Of a stretch of DNA of 64,000 nt, positions 1 through 8,536 are shown in pieces. Both the position numbers and the translations under genes were made by a program. Every line of letters starts with the position of its first letter. Positions within the stretch are counted from its first letter, which is position 1. The DNA is from an uncultured Chitinophaga sp. (GTDB lineage Bacteria > Bacteroidota > Bacteroidia > Chitinophagales > Chitinophagaceae): NCBI GenBank assembly GCA_964424155.1, contig CAYRHU010000004.1, positions 6,638-70,637 of the forward strand, read 5' to 3'. The notes beneath the pieces were generated by a model that did no database searches, had not been told where the DNA came from, and saw nothing but the letters and a program-made list of their open reading frames with translations.

Positions 1-461
1 TGGAACGGGCAAGAGAGATCCGTATCACCAGCGAACTGCTGAATGATCTCACCTACCAGGAGCAGTTTATCACCGGTAAGGAAAGTCAGCACGCGATACT
101 GGATTATAAATTTGGGATGCTGAGCATCGCGGAAGGGGAAAAAAATAATCCGACAGGCAACGAAGGGCCTCTTCCTTTCTGGCGCAGCGGGGCGATCGTG
201 AACCATGCATTGTTTGAGCTGGGGGACCGGGATAAACCCGACTGGACGATGAACCTGCACTCATTCGGCACCCGGGTACTTTTTGTTTTCAGCGAAAGAA
301 ACAAGGCATATGGTCAGTCGCATGCGCAGCATGTTTCTTCTGCCTACCCGGATGTTCAGTTACTGCGGGTGAACAATGCGGGTCATGATATGCTCAGTTT
401 CCCCGCCGGGTGGAGCCAGTTCTTCCCGGTGGCTTTATCCTACTATAATTCTTTAAAATAA
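1..461 (+). CDS. alpha/beta-hydrolase-fold protein, C-terminal part (5' end upstream of window)
   Basis: Frame 3 is open from nt 3 to TAA at 459-461, so track ORF 117..461 is only the part after an internal Met. The C-terminal ...VNNAGHDM... resembles the catalytic-His region of alpha/beta hydrolases. Family call is tentative. Confidence 0.5.
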   Translation, partial: ERAREIRITSELLNDLTYQEQFITGKESQHAILDYKFGMLSIAEGEKNNPTGNEGPLPFWRSGAIVNHALFELGDRDKPDWTMNLHSFGTRVLFVFSERNKAYGQSHAQHVSSAYPDVQLLRVNNAGHDMLSFPAGWSQFFPVALSYYNSLK

Positions 462-466
462 TTATT

Positions 467-1141
467 ATGAAAAAGGTAAGAGTAATCATTGCATTATTGG
501 GTATGATGGCCGCGGGCAAACAGATGAGCGCGCAGGTGATCAATTGGGGAAATACAAAATCTTCCCGTCCGCATTGGATCCACGCGCAGACCGGGCTGGA
601 GCATGGGCTGGTTTTCGGCGCCGGGTATGCGCAACGGCTTAAATCCCGGCTTCCCATCGTGCTGGGTACGGAATTTTCAACGGCCTCGGGCGAGAACCTC
701 CTGGATGATTTCAAGGTGAAGATCGGGGGACAGGTGCGTTTGTACCGGGCGGGTAATGTGCAATTCAGCGCCCGCCTGCAGGGAGTATTCCGCAGGAATG
801 AAAATACCCTTGTCCGTTTGTTGAATTTCGGCAGCGATATAGCCGGGGTAGCGGGTTATTACCGCGAACACTGGTTTGCTGCGGGCGAGGCCGGGTTTGA
901 CAAAGCCATCGTAACCCATTTTAAACACAGCGAAGAATATAAAAAGATCTACCCGGAGGTGCAAGACGGCTGGTTTGAACCTGCCACGGGCGGTAATTTT
1001 TATTATGGCATCCAGGGCGGGTACAGCTTCAGGAATATCGATATCACCCTGCGGGCCGGAAGAATGCTGACACAGGATTTCAAAACAAAACCCCTGGTGC
1101 CTTATTATGGCAGTATTGGTGTGAACCTGAAATTGAAATAA
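467..1141 (+). CDS. secreted / outer-membrane protein of unknown function (beta-barrel-like)
   Basis: 224-aa ORF with signal peptide MKKVRVIIALLGMMAAGKQMSAQ. Alternating aromatic/hydrophobic strand pattern up to the C-terminus. Confidence 0.6.
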   Translation: MKKVRVIIALLGMMAAGKQMSAQVINWGNTKSSRPHWIHAQTGLEHGLVFGAGYAQRLKSRLPIVLGTEFSTASGENLLDDFKVKIGGQVRLYRAGNVQFSARLQGVFRRNENTLVRLLNFGSDIAGVAGYYREHWFAAGEAGFDKAIVTHFKHSEEYKKIYPEVQDGWFEPATGGNFYYGIQGGYSFRNIDITLRAGRMLTQDFKTKPLVPYYGSIGVNLKLK

Positions 1142-1189
1142 TAAATAAGAGTGCCGGGAATTTGAGAGCCGGGTCAACAGGAAAAAACG

Positions 1190-1238
1190 ATAATGGCCAC
1201 CTCCGCGAATGACGGATTGGGGGCCATTATTTTAGTTT
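1190..1238. terminator. bidirectional hairpin terminator between convergent genes
   Basis: ATAATGGCC 1190-1198 pairs with GGCCATTAT 1222-1230. An A-run lies upstream and TTTTAGTTT downstream. Confidence 0.5.
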
Positions 1239-1284
1239 ATTAAATGGAGTACGGGTAAAACCTGATAATGTGTGGCTGGCTAAA

Positions 1285-2268
1285 TCAGCCCTGATCGCGG
1301 ATTATTTTCATCAGTCCTGAAAGTTCCAGTGATTCGATTTTCTTCCTGTCTTCCGGATCCGGCCGGAACAACCCGTTTATATTTCCACGCACATGATCCG
1401 GGGTCCGGATACCCGGGATCACCACCGACACCTCATCATAACTCAATACATAACTCAGCGCCAGTTCTGTTTTGGAGCACTGATATTTTTTACAAAGATC
1501 CCAGGCCGGGGCAAGGGCGGTATTCGCAGCTTCAACTACTGCGGCCGTGATCCTGTTTTTACGATGATCATTTTTTTCGAAAAAAAATTCTTTGTTATCA
1601 AACTTCCCGGTCAGCAGCCCGAACTGAAGAGGCATCCGTGCAATGATGCCATATCCTTTTTCTTTTGCTGGATGGAGAAGGGACAGGGCCTTTTGATTCA
1701 GCATATTCAATACAAGCTGGAAACCGTTACCCGAATTTCTTTCCATCAGCCAGTTGGCTTCCGGTTCGGGTTCAAAGGTATTCAGCGACAATCCCCAGTA
1801 CCGGATCTTGCCCTGTTGCTGCAGGGCTTGCATGGCTTTGACGCATTCGCCGTTTTCAAGATGATTGACCCGGGCCGTATGTAACTGGTAATAATCGATA
1901 TGATCCCGTCGCAGCCGGCGCAGGGAGGCCTCGCAGGTCCGGATGATGTGATCGCCCGAGTAGTCAACAGTAAACTGGTTGTTCCGGGCCACATTGCCGG
2001 CCTTGCTGGCGATGATCACATCCTTGTTTCCGCTGAGCGTTTTTCCCAGCAGGGTTTCGGAATGCCCCAGCCCGTAAATATCCGCGGTGTCGAAGAAATT
2101 GATCCCGGCATCGAGCGCGGCGTGTATGGCTTTCACCGAAACCGCGTCATCTGCAATTCCCCAGCCGATGGCCGTATCCCCGATCATGGCCCCGCCGCCG
2201 ATGGCCCAGGCGCCAAAGCCGATTTCACTGGTAAGCAGTTCAGTGTTCCCGAATACACGGTATTGCAT
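1285..2268 (-). CDS. aldo/keto reductase family oxidoreductase
   Basis: 327 aa. Shows GFGAWAIGG, FDTADIYG and the overall AKR layout. Confidence 0.9.
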   Translation of the reverse strand: MQYRVFGNTELLTSEIGFGAWAIGGGAMIGDTAIGWGIADDAVSVKAIHAALDAGINFFDTADIYGLGHSETLLGKTLSGNKDVIIASKAGNVARNNQFTVDYSGDHIIRTCEASLRRLRRDHIDYYQLHTARVNHLENGECVKAMQALQQQGKIRYWGLSLNTFEPEPEANWLMERNSGNGFQLVLNMLNQKALSLLHPAKEKGYGIIARMPLQFGLLTGKFDNKEFFFEKNDHRKNRITAAVVEAANTALAPAWDLCKKYQCSKTELALSYVLSYDEVSVVIPGIRTPDHVRGNINGLFRPDPEDRKKIESLELSGLMKIIRDQG

Positions 2269-2347
2269 ACATTAATATCCTTAAACTGAGATAAACACAG
2301 GGTAATGGTTCTCACCTTTAATACATGGTTCCCCCGTGGTATCCATG

Positions 2348-2377
2348 AAAAAAACGCCCCGGATCAAATCCGGGGCG
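2348..2377 (-). terminator. rho-independent terminator of the OmpA-family gene
   Basis: 10-bp GC stem CGCCCCGGAT 2355-2364 / ATCCGGGGCG 2368-2377 with a 3-nt loop, followed on the minus strand by T7 (2348-2354). Confidence 0.85.
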
Positions 2378-2397
2378 CTTATTCTTTATGGTTAAGA

Positions 2398-3828
2398 TCA
2401 ATAGGAGACGCTCATGACCACACGGCGGTTCTGCGCGCGCCCCGCGGCGGTTTTGTTATCAGCGATCGGTTGCGATTCGCCAAAACCTTCGCTGGTAAGC
2501 CTGTCTTCACTGATACCCTTGCTCACCAGGTACGCTTTCACAGAAGCGGCACGTCCATCACTGAGCTTCATGTTATACGCATCCGTACCTACCCAGTCGG
2601 TATGACCGTCGATCTTCAGTTTCAGATCCATGTTTTCATTCATGATCTTCACTACTTCGTTCAGCGGACCGAATGATTTGGCCAGGAGTTTGGTGCTTCC
2701 CGTGTTGAAGTAAACATTCTTCGCGGCGTATTCGATCTTCTTCATCACTTCTTCCGTGATCTCGGGGCAACCCTGCTGTTCCCTTACACCAGGTGTATCC
2801 GGGCATTTGTCTTCATCATCCGGAATTCCGTCCTTATCCCTGTCGGGAACGGGGCAGCCCTGGTATTTGGCCACACCGGGAACGGTCGGGCATTTGTCTT
2901 CTTCGTCGTTGATGCCATCACCATCCGTATCCGGAATGGGGCAGCCCTGGTATTTGGCGATACCGGGAACGGTCGGGCATTTGTCTTCCTCATCGTTGAT
3001 ACCATCCTTGTCGGTATCCGGAATGGGGCAGCCCTGGTATTTGGCCAGGCCCTTCACGGTCGGGCATTTGTCTTCTTCGTCGTTGATGCCGTCACCATCG
3101 GTATCCGGAATGGGGCAGCCGTCGTATTTGGCCACACCGGGAACGGTCGGGCATTTGTCTTTATCATCGGTAATTCCGTCACCGTCGGCATCCAGCGGGA
3201 TCTTGGTATGTTTTCCAAAGAGACGCACTTTCACGCCGGCCTGGAAGTTGCGGTTTTCATACTCGATATTGGTGGGTGAGGGGTTGGCCCTGTTTTCCAT
3301 ATCGGTGAAACCGTGGATATATCTTCCGAAAACGGTAAAGCGGCCATGCGGGAATATCTCGATGCCTCCGAATGCGTTAAAGGAGGCCGAAGTGAGATTT
3401 TCCTTGGTGCCCGAACCCTGTTTGTCCTCCATGGACACGGTAATATCGACCTGCGGACCCACTGCAATCGCGAAACAATGCCCGATATGCAGTTTCAGGT
3501 TGATGGGAATGGAAACGTAATTGACATTCCCCCGGTTGAGTAACAGGGGAAGGGGAAAGGCAGTATAATACGTATAGGAATTATACTGTAACTGCGGTTC
3601 AACGGACCACCTGTTGGAAAGCGGGATATTGACCCAGGCTCCGGCCCCCCAGCTGGTACGGGCATTGTAATCCACGTTACCGGCATTGGTGCCAAAGGTT
3701 TTGAACTCGCTGAAATTGGCGGCGACCAATACCCCCCCGGAAGTATTATACTTCCATTTGTAGGATTTCTGCGCCTGTATGGCCGTGATCGTGATGACCG
3801 ATAAAAGCAATAAAATGATCTTTTTCAT
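2398..3828 (-). CDS. OmpA-family outer membrane protein with thrombospondin type-3 repeats
   Basis: Start moved to the internal ATG (3826-3828) that gives signal peptide MKKIILLLLSVITITAIQAQ. N-terminal beta-barrel region, five DxDxDGxxDxxDKCP units, and a C-terminal OmpA peptidoglycan-binding domain (NTGSTKL...GHTD...RAQNRRV). Confidence 0.9.
   Translation of the reverse strand: MKKIILLLLSVITITAIQAQKSYKWKYNTSGGVLVAANFSEFKTFGTNAGNVDYNARTSWGAGAWVNIPLSNRWSVEPQLQYNSYTYYTAFPLPLLLNRGNVNYVSIPINLKLHIGHCFAIAVGPQVDITVSMEDKQGSGTKENLTSASFNAFGGIEIFPHGRFTVFGRYIHGFTDMENRANPSPTNIEYENRNFQAGVKVRLFGKHTKIPLDADGDGITDDKDKCPTVPGVAKYDGCPIPDTDGDGINDEEDKCPTVKGLAKYQGCPIPDTDKDGINDEEDKCPTVPGIAKYQGCPIPDTDGDGINDEEDKCPTVPGVAKYQGCPVPDRDKDGIPDDEDKCPDTPGVREQQGCPEITEEVMKKIEYAAKNVYFNTGSTKLLAKSFGPLNEVVKIMNENMDLKLKIDGHTDWVGTDAYNMKLSDGRAASVKAYLVSKGISEDRLTSEGFGESQPIADNKTAAGRAQNRRVVMSVSY
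2764..3198 (-). repeat. five tandem 87-bp coding repeats (29-aa thrombospondin type-3 units)
   Basis: GGGGCAGCC(C/G)TGGTATTTGGC recurs at 2851, 2938, 3025 and 3112 with exact 87-nt spacing, plus one more divergent flanking unit. Confidence 0.9.
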
Positions 3829-4094
3829 AAAGAACTGTTTTGATATTTGGTAATTAATAATGCACGGTTTTTGTTTTCTGTTCAGACAGGATAGCACCCC
3901 ATGAATTGTTTAATACACACTTCACTTACATCAGTAAGCGAACCGGATCGAACGCCATATTGCACGATGAAACCAGGTTGACCACACATGAAATACACTT
4001 TTAAGGCACCGAATGATGACCCTCACTGACCGGGTGCCTGTATTTCAATTATCCTGCCGGAAATAAGAATTGCAGGACAAAAATAAGGCAGAAA

Positions 4095-4209
4095 TTTTTT
4101 TAAAAGCTGATTTTAGTGGGGTTCCGGGCTGATTTTGACCGGTATTTTCCAGATCTTTTTCCGGTAAAACCCTTATTCAGGCTGGTTTTCGACGCTTTTC
4201 GGCGATTTT
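4095..4209. other. helically phased T-tracts (possible intrinsically bent DNA)
   Basis: T4-T7 runs start at 4095, 4111, 4133, 4145, 4156, 4186, 4196 and 4206. Successive spacings are 16, 22, 12, 11, 30, 10 and 10 nt. Confidence 0.5.
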
Positions 4210-4491
4210 GCCCTGCCGGTATAATGTTTAGTGTTTGCGGAAGCTGGGAGAATGTTTTATACTCCCCGAACGGAGGCATCACTTATTTGCCGGCAAACGG
4301 TAAAGCCCGGACCCGGGTATTCTCATGGATTTATCCTGTATACCCTTTGCGTTATCCGACAGCCTGTTGATCGCTGCCCTTGTTAAACAGTGTTAATTGC
4401 CGCATTTCATGCATCCGCTTACTCAATTCATGTACTGTCAGGTTGACCTCTCTTTTTACCCACCGCATCTTTGGGCCGGTTATTTGATCAG

Positions 4492-4561
4492 TTATCATTA
4501 ACCTTTAAACCTTTTCACTTTCACGATTGACCATTAACTATTAACCATTAAACCTTATCAG
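4492..4561. repeat. ten in-phase heptamers (TTAACCA-type)
   Basis: TTATCAT TAACCTT TAAACCT TTTCACT TTCACGA TTGACCA TTAACTA TTAACCA TTAAACC TTATCAG, ending 2 nt before the ATG at 4564. Confidence 0.8.
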
Positions 4562-4563
4562 CT

Positions 4564-5154
4564 ATGCGTAACAAATTACTCATTACCGGGATCCTGGCCC
4601 TTGCCATCGGGGGCATCCTGGTCGCCTGCAACGACACTGCAGCCAATGAAAACGAAAAAAAACCGCTGACCCGGGAGGAACTGGTAAAGCGCGGCGATTA
4701 CCTCGTGAACAGCATCGGTTGCGATGACTGTCACTCCCCCAAGCGAATGGGAGCGCACGAACCCGAGATCATACCGGAGCTGCGTTTCTCCGGATTTCCT
4801 TCCGACAGGCTTATTCAGAAAGCGGATACCAATACGGTGAAAAACGGGTGGATGATGCTGGGAACGGATCTGACCAATGCGGTGGGTCCCTGGGGCATGT
4901 CATTTGCCGCCAACCTTACATCGGATGCCACCGGTATCGGCAACTGGACGGAAGAGCAATTTATTAAAGCGCTCCGTGAAGGCAAGTATAAGGGAATGGA
5001 CAACAGCCGGCCCCTGCTTCCGCCCATGCCCTGGTTTGTGTATAAGAATATGACCGATGATGACCTGCGCGCCATATTCGCGTACCTGAAATCAACCAAA
5101 CCGGTATCGAATGTAGTACCCGCACCCATAGCCTGGAAAGACCTGAAGAATTAA
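4564..5154 (+). CDS. c-type cytochrome lipoprotein
   Basis: 196 aa. Lipoprotein signal ending ...GGILVAC and a single CxxCH heme motif (GCDDCHSP). Confidence 0.75.
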   Translation: MRNKLLITGILALAIGGILVACNDTAANENEKKPLTREELVKRGDYLVNSIGCDDCHSPKRMGAHEPEIIPELRFSGFPSDRLIQKADTNTVKNGWMMLGTDLTNAVGPWGMSFAANLTSDATGIGNWTEEQFIKALREGKYKGMDNSRPLLPPMPWFVYKNMTDDDLRAIFAYLKSTKPVSNVVPAPIAWKDLKN

Positions 5155-5243
5155 GATTGAAGAATGTAGAATGCAGAATTTGGAAGTTGTAAGTCGTTTC
5201 ATTTCTTATATCTGCATTCCTTGTTCAGAATTCTGAATTCGCC
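5146..5243. repeat. heptamer-phased imperfect palindrome, GAATGCAGA family, copy 1
   Basis: AAGAATT AAGATTG AAGAATG TAGAATG CAGAATT TGGAAGT TGTAAGT / CGTTTCA TTTCTTA TATCTGC ATTCCTT GTTCAGA ATTCTGA ATTCGCC. Perfect core stem 5169-5177 / 5211-5219. The left arm covers the last codons and the stop (5152-5154) of the cytochrome gene. Confidence 0.85.
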
Positions 5244-5273
5244 CTGTATCCAATGGCTTACCATACCCGATGA

Positions 5274-6254
5274 ATGAATGAACCTAAAAACAGAACAACA
5301 AAAATTGCTACTATGAACAGGCAGATAACAGAGCAGCCTCTCGTACTGGTCACCGGTGCTACCGGTGCCCGGGGCGGCAGTGTGGCCAGGGCCCTGCTGA
5401 AAGATAAAAGATACCGCGTTCGGATTCTTACCCGGAATCCCGGTTCGCAGAGAGCACAGGTACTCCAAAGGGCGGGGGCCGAACTGGTCAGCGCGGATTA
5501 CAACGACCGCAATAGCCTGGTGCAGGCCATGGAAGGATGCTATGGCGTTTTTGCGGCGCCACGGCTGAGTACAGATGCCGGTACGATTTTGCGCCAGGGA
5601 AAAAATATGGTGGATGCCGCCAGGATATCGGGGATTCGTCATTTTATCATGCACACATCTCCTGATTATAGAAAAATCAGCAACAACAAATACGCCGTAC
5701 CGCGTTTTGATATGCTGGCCCTGCTGGAAGAATACACGAAACGATGCGGTTTGCCGGCCAGTTTTATTCACCTGTCTTTTCAGTATGAAAATTTCCTGGA
5801 TCAGTTTCCCCTGCAAAAAGACAATAGCGGTGATTATTATTTCGGATTCCCGCAGGGGGATACGCCGCTGGCCATGGCCAGTGCCGAGGATACGGGACCG
5901 ATCGTGAGTGCTCTGTTCAATGATCCCGGAACCTATACCGGCCGGACAGTGAAAGTGACCGGTGCGGTTGAGACCGCCGCCACCTATGCGGCCAGCCTCT
6001 CAAAAGGGCTGAACCGAAATATTTATTATACCTGGATCCCCCGGAATGTATATGCAGCCTATGATTTCAACGAGGCGGAAGAACTGGCGAATATGTTTGA
6101 AGTGCAGCGGTTGCACATGCCCGGGAAAAAGGAAGAACTGGAAGAAAGTTACCGGCTCCATCCCCCGATGCAGTCGTTTGAGGAATGGGTTGCCCGCAAC
6201 AGGGCCCGGTTCATTCATCAGTTCAACACTCAGTTTGAAGTAGTTGTGATTTAA
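5274..6254 (+). CDS. NmrA-family NAD(P)-binding protein
   Basis: Rossmann motif LVTGATGARGGSV near the N-terminus and NmrA-like length. The start could instead be the Met at 5313. Confidence 0.8.
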   Translation: MNEPKNRTTKIATMNRQITEQPLVLVTGATGARGGSVARALLKDKRYRVRILTRNPGSQRAQVLQRAGAELVSADYNDRNSLVQAMEGCYGVFAAPRLSTDAGTILRQGKNMVDAARISGIRHFIMHTSPDYRKISNNKYAVPRFDMLALLEEYTKRCGLPASFIHLSFQYENFLDQFPLQKDNSGDYYFGFPQGDTPLAMASAEDTGPIVSALFNDPGTYTGRTVKVTGAVETAATYAASLSKGLNRNIYYTWIPRNVYAAYDFNEAEELANMFEVQRLHMPGKKEELEESYRLHPPMQSFEEWVARNRARFIHQFNTQFEVVVI

Positions 6255-6274
6255 TAGCCATGAAAAAGGACAGG

Positions 6275-6301
6275 AGCCTGTACAATTTGTACGGGCTTTT
6301 T
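6275..6301 (+). terminator. rho-independent terminator after the NmrA-family gene
   Basis: AGCCTGTACA 6275-6284 / TGTACGGGCT 6288-6297 (one G-U pair), then TTTTTG. Confidence 0.8.
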
Positions 6302-6381
6302 GTCAGTTCATGCCGCCGGGTTGTCAACCCATGTGAACCGGGTATTGAAAATGCTGAAAAGATATTAATTTGTAGTAGGTT

Positions 6382-7452
6382 ATGAAGCTCAAGTTGCCAC
6401 AATATACCAGCAAGGATTACCTGGTCCTCGGGGTCGTTGTCTTTCCCATAAGCCTGATCATTAACAGTGTGATCTTTGAAGGTCGTTATTTCAGCAGCTG
6501 GCCGGTTTTCCTTTTCGCTACGGCCGTTACGGCCTTTGTCTTTTGTATTGACTTCGTCTTATGTGGCGCGTTTGCAGTAACGCTGAAACGTCGTTTTCCC
6601 GGCGATGACCAGGTGGTGAGAAAACTGTCCTGGATGATCGCCGCTTTCATTCTCTTCACCGGGTTATTCCTTTACCTGCTTTTCAAGGGGTATGAGTACT
6701 TTCCTTTTCTTCAATATACATTTAATGAGGCCGGATTTATATGGGCGTATATCGGCATGGCCATCGTCAATATCTTTCTCACCTTCCTGCATGAGGGAAT
6801 CGCGCGGTATGAGAACTGGAAAGTCAACCTGGCAGAGACGGAAGAACTGCGTAAAGTGTACCGCCAGGGCCGGCTGCTGGGTCTGAAAAGCCAGGTCAAT
6901 CCCCACTTCCTGTTCAACAGTCTCAATTCACTCTCCTGCCTGATCCACGAGGATGAAAGAAAAGGTGAAAAATTCCTCGATGAAATGAGCAAAGTGTACC
7001 GCTATATGCTGCAGAACGATGAGGAAGCCCTGGTCACACTCCGGACCGAACTCCGGTTTCTCGATTCCTATATTTATCTCCTGCAGGAACGACATTGCGG
7101 GGCGTTGCGGATCAACATGAATATCCCGGAGCAGGATAAGGAAAAGTGGATCCCCCCGCTTACCCTGCAAACGATCGCTGAGGATATCATCGGGCAGAAT
7201 TCCGTTTGCCGCGAAACCCCGCTTGAAATCACACTGGGTACAGATGAATCGGGGAATTTGGTGATACGCCATAATATAAACCCGAAAATGGGCGCCGAGA
7301 ACCAGGAAACGTCATCGGGCTGTCCGGGCCTGGATAATATTGTTCAAAAGTATCGTTTACTGAACCACCCGGGAGTGGTGATCGAAGACGGTATCGGCAG
7401 CCGAACGGTACGCCTGCCGCTGATCGCCGATAAAGAGGAGGTGGCATTATGA
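6382..7452 (+). CDS. LytS/YehU-type sensor histidine kinase (membrane)
   Basis: Several N-terminal TM helices, then the His_kinase box VNPHFLFNSLNSL and an ATPase region. Confidence 0.85.
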   Translation: MKLKLPQYTSKDYLVLGVVVFPISLIINSVIFEGRYFSSWPVFLFATAVTAFVFCIDFVLCGAFAVTLKRRFPGDDQVVRKLSWMIAAFILFTGLFLYLLFKGYEYFPFLQYTFNEAGFIWAYIGMAIVNIFLTFLHEGIARYENWKVNLAETEELRKVYRQGRLLGLKSQVNPHFLFNSLNSLSCLIHEDERKGEKFLDEMSKVYRYMLQNDEEALVTLRTELRFLDSYIYLLQERHCGALRINMNIPEQDKEKWIPPLTLQTIAEDIIGQNSVCRETPLEITLGTDESGNLVIRHNINPKMGAENQETSSGCPGLDNIVQKYRLLNHPGVVIEDGIGSRTVRLPLIADKEEVAL

Positions 7453-8528
7453 AATGGTTCAAGCCAGCACGTCTTCAGACATGGTCATTCCTGTTCAGTA
7501 TGCCGGTGATCGACCTGGCCCTTCACCAGATCCTTTACCGGGAGCAACTCTGGCAGGACTGGCGGATATGGGTTTTCTCTTTCCCGCTGCTTTTCCTGAT
7601 CGGTACGCTGACCTGGTACAGTCATGTGTGGTATGATTTTCATGCGGAGAAAAAATACCCCCGGCTGGACCAGAGCGCCAAAAGGATCCTTCGTAAATCA
7701 TGGGTGGCTATTTTCATCATGCCCCCGGCCATCCTGCTGATATTTTTCCTCTATGATCATTTTCACATACTGGGATATGAACTTCGTCGGTTGGACCTTT
7801 TAAAGGGACTGATCCTTGGTCTCTGTGTGAACCTGGTTTTTGAAACGCTGTACGAAAGCGATTATATGCTGACCCAGTATAAGAAGGCAAGACTGGAAAA
7901 AGAGGCCCTCCGCCAGTTGTCACTTCAACAGGAGTTTGACACCCTGAAAGGACAGGTCAACCCGCATTTTTTATTTAATTGTTTCAACACGCTTTCTTCC
8001 CTGATCGCGGAAGACCGCGAAAAGGCCGAAGTGTTTCTCAATGAACTGAGCAAAGTGTACCGGTACCTGCTTCGCAATAACGAGGATGGTCTGACTACGG
8101 TGCAGAACGAAATACGCTTTATTGAATCCTATTACCGGCTACTGCAAACCCGGCACGGGGAGGCGGTGCAGCTGCATATTGATATCGACAAGCGGTACGA
8201 TCAGTACCTGCTCCCATCGCTCTCCCTCCAGTTGCTGGTGGAAAATGTGGTGAAGCACAATGTACTTTCAAAGAACAAACCGCTCATCATCGATATCTTC
8301 ACCACGGCGGGCAATAAACTGGTGGTCAATAACAACCTGCAGCGCCGGACCGTAAAAGCGCCCAGCAATAAAGTGGGGCTGGAAAATATCCGTTCCAAAT
8401 ACGCCCTGCTCAAACAACCCGGATTCCAGGTGATCGAAGACCGGAACAACTTTTCCGTCGTGCTGCCGCTGATCTGGAATAACAGTATGGCGGGAAAGCA
8501 ATTGACAACAGTGGCAGAACATCATTAA
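7449..8528 (+). CDS. LytS/YehU-type sensor histidine kinase, tandem paralog
   Basis: Same architecture (VNPHFLFNCFNTL). Its start overlaps the upstream stop as ATGA at 7449-7452. Confidence 0.85.
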   Translation: MKWFKPARLQTWSFLFSMPVIDLALHQILYREQLWQDWRIWVFSFPLLFLIGTLTWYSHVWYDFHAEKKYPRLDQSAKRILRKSWVAIFIMPPAILLIFFLYDHFHILGYELRRLDLLKGLILGLCVNLVFETLYESDYMLTQYKKARLEKEALRQLSLQQEFDTLKGQVNPHFLFNCFNTLSSLIAEDREKAEVFLNELSKVYRYLLRNNEDGLTTVQNEIRFIESYYRLLQTRHGEAVQLHIDIDKRYDQYLLPSLSLQLLVENVVKHNVLSKNKPLIIDIFTTAGNKLVVNNNLQRRTVKAPSNKVGLENIRSKYALLKQPGFQVIEDRNNFSVVLPLIWNNSMAGKQLTTVAEHH

Positions 8529-8536
8529 CGCTTAAA

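Noticed and set aside
2756-3520. 254-aa + strand ORF with a striking internal repeat (GQPWYLATPGTVGHLSSSS...).
   Set aside because: It is the antisense reading of the 87-bp thrombospondin-3 repeats of the OmpA-family gene. The periodicity is inherited from that gene.
4116-4370. 84-aa ORF (and 4100..4282 on the minus strand) in the 735-bp gap.
   Set aside because: The composition is driven by phased T-tracts. There is no recognisable motif and no plausible start context.
4352-4468. 38-aa minus-strand ORF (MRWVKREVNLTVHELSKRMHEMRQLTLFNKGSDQQAVG), with a faint helix-turn-helix flavour.
   Set aside because: It is too short and unsupported to call. It might be a gene remnant, and only a homology search could tell.
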